From Minutocellus sp. GHC0000111 (taxonomy: Eukaryota): a stretch of DNA of 64,000 bases. The notes under the pieces were generated by a model. The model had not been told where the DNA came from, did no database searches, and saw only the letters and a list, made by a program, of their open reading frames with translations. Below, piece by piece: positions 22,484 through 33,796 of the stretch (its first letter is position 1; each line of letters starts with the position of its first letter). The stretch covers positions 2,046,001 to 2,110,000 of the forward strand of contig OZ361256.1 of assembly GCA_977018835.1 (NCBI GenBank), read 5' to 3'. The position numbers and the translations under genes were made by a program.

Positions 22484-25400
22484 TTATTCAACAGAGCTCG
22501 TCAGAATCGAGCGTACAATGCGGGGAAGGTCGGAGGTGTCGTTTGCGATGTGTGCCCGGCCTGGTGGAAGCTGCCGTTTGATCTCGTCGGCTTCTTGACC
22601 AAACGATGCGATGAAGATTACATGGGCCTTGACAGATTTCTCTTCCCCGGCCTCAATGATCTTTCCCAATTCCCTTGGATGTATGCCATATCGACGTAAA
22701 TTCGCATCACTTATTGCAATCACAATGTTTTCGTCATGCTCTTGATCGCCATCCTCGTTCTTACCTTCGCTGATGTCATCGATGGCTTGTTCTACAGCCT
22801 CGAGAGTGAAATCTCAAGAAGAGCAGTACTGGGTGTGCGCCACAATGGTTTGGAGGACTCTCATCATGTCCTTTTCATTAGTTGGAGGATCTCCAAAGGA
22901 AATGGCTGGAGAATCGCCAGAATGACCGACGAGAGTTGATTGGAACCGATCTTCCATTCCTTCAAAGCCCTTCATGACAAGCAATGCGGCCTCCAACGCC
23001 TTATTGAACCGGCCGTCATGTGAATTAAAGCGGTACATAGAGGCCGACGCATCGATGACAAATCGCAGCCTCTTGGGTTTCTGGTGGAGATAATTTGTCG
23101 CATCCTGCTCGACCCCCCTTCTCTTGAAGATGTATCTTTCTCCTGCAACACCATCTACCAATTTTGTATCATCGAGTTCTCCTTGGCTTTGGCCTCGAAG
23201 CCAGGTCTTCTCTGATTGCTTTCCTTCTACCGATCTCAAAGTATTGCGTAGAATGGCTATGTCCTTTTCGATTGGCGAGAGCAATTCCATGAACATGCTC
23301 CACTCACTTTCGCCCATGTCTATTTCATTCAACTTCTCCTTTAGAGCTTTTTCTGCCATTGCTCTTGCAGCGCGCTGAGCCTCTTCGGTCACTTCGGTTT
23401 TTGCAGCATCACTGACCTGATGAATTTTGTGGCCACGGTCTAAACGGTACGGCCCACCCCTGCCGCCTAAACCAGCTGTGTCACTTCCACCAGTCCCCCC
23501 TTGCCATTGATTACCACCGACATGAGCCTCGTTGTTTTCGTCCCACTTGCCAATCTTTGGATTGCTTAAAGGAGGAGGACTAGAGCTAGTTCCCTCGGCA
23601 TTTCTCTGTTTCGTGTATTCAATCGCTAGAGGTCTGCCCCCGTCACCATTGGCAGTTGCTTGTATTCTTGCTTGCGCTGCTTGCCACACATCGTAGCTCG
23701 ACATTTCAATGCCATAATGTGAAAACACTTTGCCCATCAAGAGGTATGTGGCATCGTCGAACGAATCGAAATCTAATACATTGTGAATCGCGGCGACCAT
23801 GCCATCATCGGGGTACTGCTGTAGGTGCTTTACAACCGCAACCGCTTCCCTCGTGGAGTAAGGATAAGATATGTCGCCATGGTCTACCAGTGATCTCAAA
23901 TGATCAAACGCAGAAGCGATTTGCCGAATCGCCGAAGAGCTGACATCAGGACCAAAGCTTCTGAGCAAATCCATTTCAGACTCTAGATCTGGATTGGGCA
24001 CCACAAGAACATGAAAGCAGTCTCCAACCTCTCGAAACAGATCATTTCCGTGGAACGGAAAGCCCGGTCGATTTGCTAAAATGAACACTGTAAAGTCAGG
24101 ATGAATTGGAATGGTATTTTCATCATCGGATGGACTCCGTGACATCCGCTTTCCGTTGGCCAAGAGGAGCTCCCCATCCTCCACGAGGCTCTTGAGCACA
24201 GACGTCACTTCGGTCGGTGCCTTATCTGCTTCATCAATTACCAAGGCAACACCTCGTTGGACAGCTCTGACAAGCGGAGAATCCTTCCACACAATTCGAC
24301 CCTCTTCGAGGGCTGGAGTAAGCGTCAACGATCCAACTGTTGAGTCGCGATGTAGCTGAATGTACTCCCGTTCCATGTTTGCAATCTCACACAATCGATC
24401 TGTGAGCTTGTTCTTTCCACAACCCTGCGACCCGAGTAGCAAGAAGCTACGCTCTCCGTTGTTCATTGATGCCATGAGCTTTTTCATCGTAGCAACCTGG
24501 CTTGGAATGTCTACATAGTGAGGTTTTGGAACCAACTCGGGTCTTTTTTTTTGCATTTCTTCTTTCGAAGTGGACTTCACCGATGGCGACCTTGTAGTCG
24601 TCTACAACAACAGCGTCGGGTCGCCCTCGAGACTTTGTGCTATCACCACCAGCATCGAGCGAGACAATCCCACAATTATCAAGAACGGATTCGAGAGATG
24701 CTCGCTGGGTGGGAGGTAGCAGCTCAGCGAGGAGCACCTGTTTGATTGCAGAACGAAGATCGTTCTCATCGTCATCTGTTTTCATCAGGCGTGCAGTGCG
24801 CAGTAGATTGCGCGTACTCAAAGGCTGAACTCCACAATCCAATGCAACAGACCCCTCCAATGCGGATCGTACATCGAGAAGGTCGTCAATTGTAGCATCA
24901 GGACATTTTGGGTTCACCGACGATAATATTGCACGCATGCATTCTGGCTCTGGAACAGGGACAACTACCGTGCTCAGCATTGCTATTACATCTTCTGTTA
25001 GCCATGTCCTCGCATCTTTGGAGGTAAGAGTTCCCAGAGCGATGAGCCGAAAGGAAGGATGAATAGAACGAACAGTGGAGTTTGACTGGTCAATGATCCT
25101 ATCAGATCGTACAAGCCTTGATCCATCGGGCAAATAAATTTCGCGGTCGACCAAGAGATTGCCAAGAGTTGCAAGAGTGTCTCCACCGAGCCTTTCGACT
25201 CCATCAAGAATGCAGACATTACCTTCCACGGCTGCTCGCATGAGCGGACTGTCTTCCCATTTTGTATCTCCTGATGTTGGATCAGTTGCCCTTCTTTGTA
25301 ATAAATCTCGGCCACTCATCTCCTTATAGAGATTGAAGAGATTTGCTTTGTAACCCAGCATCGAGGCAAACTCTGCTGCAAGTCGCGTTTTTCCTTCTCC

Positions 25401-26873
25401 TTTTTCAGAAACAAGCAGAATGTCGCGACCACAACCATGCTCTTGAAGCATGGTCTTTAGTACCTCTCTTGTTCCATTGGTATGGACGAACCCCGTGGAA
25501 GACCAAATAAAGTCATTCAACCCACATGGCATAACCATTTCTACCTCTGATGGAGGCGATGATTGAGAGGAAAACTTTACGCCACATTGATTTGGATCAT
25601 CAGGTAATCTATCGATCGCAGTAGTAGCTTTGTAAGCTCCCACTCCTTTTGTGTCGCCTATACTAGTACCCAAATTCAATTCATCGCACGCAGACATGAA
25701 CGTTTTTTGCGAAGCTTCTGCAATGGAAGTCCCAAATACACTCACAAGTCGCTCATCAGCCTTCCGCGCAACAGGATATTGACGTGCAAGAACTGATCGG
25801 ACATCTTCCTCTGGAAATTTTCCCATTATTGTGGCAACCGATGGAATGGCGTTGGAGGGAAACACCAAGGTGCGCCCCGACGACGAATTATTAGACGATG
25901 AGAACGTGGTGGCAGCAGTATTCATGGCTGATGTGAACGCAGCAAGCTTTTCGACCACTTTCTCATTCCCTTCTTCCATTATCATGTCCGTTATCAGTTC
26001 TCCTGCCATTGGAGGATCTACCCGTCGAATCTGAAACCTCGATCGAAGGGGCGGGTCAAGTCCTCGGCCTGGATATGGCGGCGCAGGTGTAGCAAGTGCC
26101 AAGACCCTAAACTTGTCGTGAACGGGAACCAGAAAGGAATCGTCGGCTTCAAACTTCCCCGAGGCCAACAGATCTTGATATCTGCTCTGACTGACAAGCA
26201 GCTTGCCGCAATCCAGATTCATCTCACGATTCTCGATTAAATTGTTGAGAGTCGGCAGCACGTTCCGTTCAGCCTTGTGCAGCCCATCCAAAATCAGCAA
26301 CCGTCCATTCAGAGCCGCTCTGACTGGGGCCTGATCAACAAACTCAACACTCGCTGAATTAGGCACACTGCCCGATGCACTACTGTTGGCAGCAGAAGAA
26401 TGAACCAGCTCCTTGCGTTGCTTCAAGTCACTCTCTGTCGTGCCGGAGCTCAAGGTCAACACCTCTACCTCTCGCCTGGTCATCTCGGCATACATCAAGG
26501 CCAATCGGCGGCGATATACAGATCCAGCACCTGGTGGTCCCACAAGGAGCATGTCCTGCCCCAGCGCATCCTTTTGCAGCATCCACTGCAGATGACGGAG
26601 CAACGTTGGCGACCTTTGATCTGGACTGCCTGGCAGATACAACCGCGGGATTAATTCAGGGTGATCGGTGGGATGGTGCGACAAATCAAGCTCTACGTTC
26701 CCTATCCGAACGGCATCTTGCAGACCAGGCGGCGTTGGTCGGCAATATCGTCTGGTGCTGAGATCATGCCGAGGAATGAGTGGCCGAGGAGCGTTACGGC
26801 AACCATTGCCGATGCCACAGCGAAGTGCACTCGTGCGGTGACGCACACACGCTCGTCTTACTGCATGGATCAT
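22484..26873 (-). CDS. VWA8: VWA8-like AAA+ ATPase with C-terminal vWA domain; frameshift at the T9 run near 24548 and in-frame TGA at 22814
   Basis: MLQKDALGQDMLL, AERNVLPTLNNLIENREM, LDPPLRSRF, GCGKNK, HVGGNQWQGGTGGSDTAGLGGRGGPYRLD, vWA DASASMYRFN, SDANLRRYGIHP; Arg-rich mitochondrial-type presequence. Confidence 0.9.
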
Positions 26874-27154
26874 CCCTGCCGACCAATACGCGAAGCGTGT
26901 TATCGCCACCTACCTGGTCGCCGCCAGTAGGAATTCCTAGAGGATTGTTTGGTCGTCTGGTATGTCGTGGTGGTCGTGGGAGGCCGATGCGATGGATCGG
27001 TGCGGTGGTGTCGATGCGCCGTCATGCGTATCTTTTTGACATGTCAAGAGCGGCGAGGTAGGCTCGCGATCTTTTGATGACACCTCGATCGAGGTCAAAC
27101 GAGAATGCAGACCGGAGAGGGCCTGCTCAAGATAGCACATTGCCAATAGCAGCA

Positions 27155-27831
27155 ATGATCGAGCTTGAATGGCATATATCACACTTGGTACCGGCGCTCA
27201 TGCTGGCTGGCCTTGTGGCCGCGGTGGTTCGCTTACAAGATGGTCGCCAGCATGACAAGCGATCGACCAAGAGCAAAGTAGCCGCAGTGACATCTGCGAG
27301 TCCTACACGTACTGATAGGAGTCCCACTGCGAACCTAATGGAGACATCGGCACCATTCGATTCACTGGCCACTTCCTACGACAAGAGCTTTTGCGAGACG
27401 ACGGTGGGGTGCATGCTAAGACGAGAAACTTGGAAAGTGCTGGAGGAAGCCTTCGCTTCGTCACAAGTACCACCACCCTCCTCAGATGGCAACAACAACA
27501 ACAACAGCAACAACGACATAATCATCGAGCTTTCTTGCGGAACGGGAGAGGATGCAATGTGGCTCGCTGCCAAGCATGTTCATATATTAGCCACCGATTA
27601 TAGCGATGGAATGATCGATGTGGCGAGGTCAAAGTGTCGCTCATGCTCAGCAATAGCAAAGGAAGATCAGCCAATTTTTTGCGGTTGGATGTCAAGAGCT
27701 TTGATCCTTCTTCTCTGGATATTGGGCCCACCGACCGTAAATTTGCCGGCGCATTTTCCAATTTTGGTGGACTGAACAATGTTAGTCCTGGAGAAATTGA
27801 GCATTGTGCACAGACTCTGACGAAGGATTAG
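27155..27831 (+). pseudogene. Class I SAM-dependent methyltransferase, frameshifted near 27678 and apparently 3'-truncated
   Basis: FDSLATSYD, IIELSCGTGEDAMWLA, ATDYSDGMI, FAGAFSNFGGLN; ends abruptly at QTLTKD* before the usual following motif. Confidence 0.75.
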
Positions 27832-28250
27832 GGTTATTGAATTTGAGCGCTTGTAAGTGCCACATGTGAGGGTAGAGATCTAGCTGCTACGTAGCTACCG
27901 GTAGAGAGCAGCAGCAGCAACAGCAACAACAACAAAAACAACAAAAGAGGATGAGACGATGGCAATGGTGGCCAACAATCGATCGATCTTGAAAGGGCAC
28001 CATGAAAGCTGCATGTAGCTGCATATGAATTTGCAATTTATTAGGAAATCTCTTTTATATCGATGCCAGGTATGGAGGTACCGGTACATGTATCTTTTCC
28101 TTTCTGTGCTGCTGCTCTCTCTTCGATACATGTATTTCTCAAAATGTTTCTACGTACGAATTCCTAGCTAGCCACTAAAAGTGTCCAAAGCACTACATGT
28201 ACGGAACCTCGCCACTGCCACCTCATTCTCGCGCCGAACTGCCGAAGACG

Positions 28251-29360
28251 ATGAGGGCGCCCTTGCTTGTTCCGACGCTGGTAGCGGCACTGTGCCTGCT
28301 GGTGCTGGCATTGTCATGCATAATCTCTTCTTCCTCAGCATTTGTGCCGGCGTCATTATCGCTTCATCGACATGCTACCAGCGCACAACGCATACACGTA
28401 GATGAGAGCGCAACGGTACTGCGTCAAACCCAATCGGTATTCCTGGAGACTGACCTCGACGACGACAAGATAACTCAGCTCTACGCCTGGGTATCTCGCG
28501 CTCTCGCTGGAGACCCGCGGTATGGCAACCTGATGTATGCTATGGCGGCAGTCTTTGGATCCAACCTGGACGACGACTCACCGCTAACCGTTCTGCTCAA
28601 CGATGCAATGAAGAAAATTCCCGAGGAGGAAGAGACTGTTGGTGAACCATTCTCCCTTGCGGAGCGAGAGGAGGCCAGCCTCGGAGCGATGGGAGCTGCT
28701 CAGTGGACCGGTCAGTGGCGAACCCGACCGCATGCCCTGCTGGAGCTGGAGGGCTTGGAGTCCGTCGATGAATGGGTGAAGACACTTCCTCGAGGTTGCA
28801 AGAGAACGCTAAAGAAGGCTCTGGCACAAAATTTTACCGTTACTGAAAAGCCAATTTATGGCGACAAGCCAGCACCACATTCCAGCTTGGCTCATTTCCG
28901 TTGTGTAGTTGAACACGAGATTCGACTGCTCAGTGGGGACGGATCGCCCGAATATTTCTTCGACGCCTTATCCGAAGCTATCTCCCGATATATCGGTACC
29001 ACCCGAATGGCTGGAGTTATACAAGAGTATCGAGACAATGAAACAGACAAAGTTATCGCTATTGCCCATGAAGTGACGAAAGGAACGACCGTGCGGGGCC
29101 AATGGTTCTACGCGACTGATGACGCTTCGAAGCGGTACGTTTGGTTTCACTGTGTACACCAATTGGTCGAAAGAGCGATTGCTGACGACAGCATTTCTGT
29201 GGTAGACCTTGGCCCCAGCGGCAGTGATGCCTTTAGCGAATTGAAAGCCCGATATGGTTTTGTCAGTGTCACTGACTGGCCTCAGGTGGCAAATTATTTG
29301 GGCCCGTTTCGATATCCCGAGGGTGTATCGGACGGAAAAGATGGAGTCAAGATTATTTGA
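28251..29360 (+). CDS. Putative plastid-targeted GNAT/FemAB-like acyltransferase-fold protein
   Basis: Signal peptide plus SSA-FVP; C-terminal GQWFY...WFHCVHQLVERAI...VVDLGPSG...LKARYGF resembles GNAT-like domains. Confidence 0.55.
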   Translation: MRAPLLVPTLVAALCLLVLALSCIISSSSAFVPASLSLHRHATSAQRIHVDESATVLRQTQSVFLETDLDDDKITQLYAWVSRALAGDPRYGNLMYAMAAVFGSNLDDDSPLTVLLNDAMKKIPEEEETVGEPFSLAEREEASLGAMGAAQWTGQWRTRPHALLELEGLESVDEWVKTLPRGCKRTLKKALAQNFTVTEKPIYGDKPAPHSSLAHFRCVVEHEIRLLSGDGSPEYFFDALSEAISRYIGTTRMAGVIQEYRDNETDKVIAIAHEVTKGTTVRGQWFYATDDASKRYVWFHCVHQLVERAIADDSISVVDLGPSGSDAFSELKARYGFVSVTDWPQVANYLGPFRYPEGVSDGKDGVKII

Positions 29361-29467
29361 GTAATGACATCACGTGTGAACTCGTCTTTTGAACATACAA
29401 CACATTCAGCATTTAGATTATTTTTACATAGAATCACAACGGTAACACAGGAGCCCTACAGCTATAC

Positions 29468-30460
29468 CTAAGAACTCATGTCGTCCATTTTAGGCAGCTG
29501 GAGATGGCGCCGAGCTCGCAAGCAAAATATTGAGTTCAAATAAAGCCCGCTCTTGATTACCAAAGCCACTCCCATCGTTATCGAAAAAGGAGAGCAATCG
29601 ACCAATCGTTTGAAAGCAGGACGTGTATTTACGGCAAAGTATAGCGCCATTATCCTCCCTTCTCTCCAAACTCTGCACGACACACCCCAAGTTATTAAGG
29701 ATTGCCATGTGTCGCATTACAAATTCAGCGTTTATGCTGCTCGATAACGTAGTTCCACTTGCTTTCATTTTCGTGCATTCGTCGCGCAACTGCTTCAATG
29801 CCAACTTGTATGCTTCTCTCGCCTTTACGTAGCATCTTCTATTGTTTGTTTGAGTCCCACAGATTGATGGCAGAGACCTAAATTGAAGAGGATGACTGTC
29901 AGCATGCGAGGCATGATGGACTCAGAGAGCATTGCCAAAGAAGAAGACGAGTCCAAAATATCTGATTCCTGCTCAAAAGTCATTGGCTTGGCGAACACAC
30001 TGAGCGCTGCAGTATTATTGGCGTGCATACACTTATAGCCTTTATGGTTGGTAGCTGAATATGTGATCGTGAAAGTTGACAGGGCCTGATGAGCCGAATC
30101 GACTGCTAGCACCGTCTCACTTACTAGTATGGAGACTTTGCTACCGGCATCATCGGTGTCAACAAGCTGTCTATGTGCCCGCCGGGCTGCTCTCAGGGCA
30201 TCACCAAAGCATCGTGCACCCTCTTGGTATTGGCCAGAATCGAAACATACAGAACCAATGTTGATGAGTTCTGCGATTAGATAGGAATGTCGATGGAAGC
30301 CCTTCGTGCGATGGATGACCTCATGGCGGCATTGGGATGATGGCGACGACGAGAGGATTGATGAAGAGGTCGACGGAGGAGCAGCAGTATTATTCTTTGT
30401 CTCGTCGGCACACCGCTCACCAGCCGCCATGCCATTGGCATTGGCAGAAAGCTCTCCCAT
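29468..30460 (-). CDS. TPR-like hypothetical protein; 1-nt frameshift near 29848
   Basis: LINIGSVCFDSGQYQEGARCF, ILFNLGLCHQ, KAREAYKLAL, AILNNLG helical repeats; ORFs 29825-30640 and 29490-29804 join. Confidence 0.6.
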
Positions 30461-30477
30461 CGTGATGCACATACTTT

Positions 30478-31824
30478 TTGAATGCGTGTGGAGTATCGCA
30501 GATTGAGAGGAGTCGAGTCCGACCGCACCATAAACATTCGAACTTCTTTTTTGGTCTTCCTGAAAGTAATGGCGATGATTTGAATTCGCAAGCAGCACAA
30601 GTAAGTAGCGACAAAGCGCCCGCGCCCGCAAAAAAGTCAAGTTCGCGCATCTATCCCACTTATGACGACGACCATTATGATGATGATCAGTATGCTAGTG
30701 ATACGGACGATTCAGATGAATCATACGATGTCGATGATGCGTACACGGACGACAGCAATGATTCAGACGATAGCGACTATTCTATTGACGGCTGTACCCT
30801 CAATGACTTCCGACGTGGTCGTCGAGGGTGCCGAGATCCGAGTAAGTTGAGCAAGCTACGCAGTCGCCTTCGCAATCGCCTTGGCAGCAAAGGCGCCAAG
30901 AGTGGTGGAAGCGGGCGCAGTGCCAAAAGTGGCAAAAGCGGACGCTGGGATAGTGGTGGAAGTAGAAGTGCCAAGGACTCCAAGGGCGGTCGGCATCCCG
31001 CTCCATCTCCTTCCGCCCCAAGTCCTAGTCGCCCCAGTTCTCGGACATATGAGCCCACCTACGAAGGTACCAGAGGTGATGATGACGACGACGATGATGA
31101 CGACGATGGTCCCTCAGGTCGCCGCGTTGTCCGCCGCATCCTCCAGCAATTCTACGATGAAATGTGTGGCTCGCGTTGGATTGAGAACGAAGGATGGGGA
31201 GACAGCGACGTCGATCACTGTGCCTGGATCGGAATCGTTTGCGATCAAAGTGGCAATGTCATTCAGATTGATATGACATTCAACAATTTGTCTGGTGACT
31301 GTTCCAGTGGTGATGGTGATCTATCAAACACCAGATTGGATCGAATCAGGTCGCTTACCTCCATCCGGCTAGGAGGGAACGCATTTCGATTTGACCCTTC
31401 CGAAGAGCCCGACCCACTGCCTCCTCAGCGAATCCCAAATTGGGATTACTCCAGGCTCGAAAGACTCACAGAGCTGGACATGTTTGGCAACGGCCTCACT
31501 GGTCCCATCCCTTCAGGTATCAGCGAGGCTGAATCCATCATATCCCTGATGCTGAATGACAACTAATTATCGGGACGCGTTCCCACGAGAACTCTGAGTC
31601 GCCTGCAATTTTTAACCAAGCTGAATCTGGGCCAGAACTTTCTCTCTGGTACTATATTCGAGCAGGGACGTCTCTGCCGAAATACTGTCCAGGAAGATGG
31701 CTACCTTGGGATCTTTGTCACTGACTGCACCCCCGATTCCAATGGTAACTTCCCCGGTCCTGGTTATGTAGACTGCAGATGCTGCACGCAATGCACACCC
31801 AGGGCCGTGCCATTGCCAGCGTAA
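30478..31824 (+). CDS. Leucine-rich repeat protein with low-complexity N-terminus; in-frame TAA at 31564-31566; start uncertain
   Basis: HCAWIGIVC cap, NNLSG, NGLTGPIP, LNDN*LSGRVP, LNLGQNFLSGTI, C-terminal DCRCCTQC. Confidence 0.8.
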
Positions 31825-32104
31825 GCAACTTGCTCTACTATCTAGCTAGTAGAGCCGGGTGAGGTTCATTTTGGCATTTGGTGTCGGAGGGGAAGCCGAT
31901 GCTCATAGCCCATGCTACATTTTTCCAAGCCATCCAACAACGGGGGAAGCCATTTATTTATGTAAAAAGAAACATATCGTAACGTGAAGAATGAATTAAG
32001 ATATAGTCTCTAAGCAATCTACTCAGTGCTTGCGAAGAGAGTTACAATCTTTGGCCCAATCTTTCTCTCCCGCAATAGCTCTCTACTCTCCAATACCAAT
32101 GATA

Positions 32105-33366
32105 CTAATCAACAACAACAACACCATCGTCGTCGTCGCTCTCCTCATCGGATTCTTCCATCGCAGCGCCTCCATTCAGTTGTTGCAATAATGCATGAAG
32201 GATCTGGTCTGCATTACCAGCGGAGAACATTGCCACTTCTCTTGCCATCCTTCTTGCCTCTTCCTCCGCATTCTGCCGCTCAAGTGCTGCAGTGGATGTC
32301 TCCGTCATTCGAATTGCACGAACATCGTAAAGTGCACCGGAATTCGGCCGTTCTCGTATGTCTTCAATCCATATGTATGATGTAGGGCATAAGAACACAT
32401 CCGCTGTCCCATTGGGATTGATCAGGCACTGACGAACCTCGACAATAACTGCTGGAGCTCCTCTATCTAGAGGGCTATAATTTGCATAGATGAATTTGGG
32501 GTAAGAGGAATGGCCCGAACCTTGCAGTTGAATCGGATCCCCTCTTCGAAATGCAACGGGATATGGCGCCATCACCTCCGAAATAAGTAGTCGGTATCGC
32601 GGCTCAAAGAAGTGCAGGCCAAAGGATTCCCCATGGTGACGGGGCCAGGCATGTAGAAGATCGGTGATCGGAATCTGAGACGCTGCACTATTCTTCGGAA
32701 AAGCTGTTTGCATGTGCACGGAACGCTACTATCACCAAGAGCTTTGCAAGTCATGTCAATGATACTTTTGGCCGATTCGGAGTCACCGTCATCTGCAGCA
32801 GTAGTAGCATCACCATTGTCCTCCTCGTCACTGACTTCATCGAGCTCCATTTCATCATTATCGTTTTCATCGTCTGTGCCAACTTCCTGAACGCCAACAA
32901 AAATCCTCTGACAATTGTTGTTGTTTCCAATTTGCGCATAAGTGGTCCTGTTTCTCTCATTGTCTCCCCTAGCCGCCACCCCTTGCTGCTGCTCCTGTTC
33001 CAACTGCTCAGTGTTTTCGGCATAAATCTTCTTTGCTGCATCCCGCCATGTTGCTTCCTTCGCTATCATGCGCTCGAGACCAGCCCTCCATATCTCATCG
33101 CCCTCCGATACCAGAGCACGAATCCTCTTGCAAACAATTGGTAAGGTGTGAGTTAGGGTGCATTTGTAGCTGGTTTCATCCAATTCGAATGGAACGTCGG
33201 AAAGGAAGGAGAGAGTCGCGGTGGCAAGATCATCGCTTAGCTTCTGAAAAATGGTCGGAGGCATGGAGGAATCTGAAGTGGAAGGGATAGCGGCCGCAGG
33301 ATCAGCGAGGCTATCGCCCCTTGCAGCATTTGTGTCGGGCCTCCACTCGGCGGCGGACGGATTCAT
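32105..33366 (-). CDS. PAM2-like + F-box-like + LON N-terminal (substrate-binding) domain protein; frameshift near 32630
   Basis: MNPSAAEWRP; LSDDLATATLSFL...LPIVCKRIR...DEIW; GLHFFEPRYRLLI (LON-N signature); one G missing in a G run. Confidence 0.65.
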
Positions 33367-33796
33367 GGTTGAGGCGGGTTGATAGTAAAGCAGAACAAGA
33401 ACTGCAGAAATGAGGTGGCGGCGGGTGGCATCGATCTTCGCGGCACTTCGCTCGATCTGGTGGCGGCAACAACGTACGTACACACAACGTACGTAAGATT
33501 TGTGAGGCACTACTATTTTCATGTTTTTCAGAAAGCACTAAAAGGCGGCAAGCAAGACCGGAAGAAGCCGCGCCGGAAGCAGGAAGCAGGAACACAAGAT
33601 GTGTCGGTATCTGCCTTGAAGTTGCAAAGTGGCTTGAAGGCATATTCAGTACAATAGCAGCACGTAAACACCAACCCCAATCATCTCTTTATTCGCAACA
33701 AGGCGGGAGGGGAGCTGATCAGTACCAGTATCTTGCGGCCACACCGTTGAAAGGCGCCCATAAATAAAGTCAGTTGAGGCGACAAAACGAAAGAAA

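Noticed and set aside
27828..27836. TTAGGGTTA telomere-like seed at the methyltransferase truncation
   Set aside because: Only 1.5 units; expected by chance.
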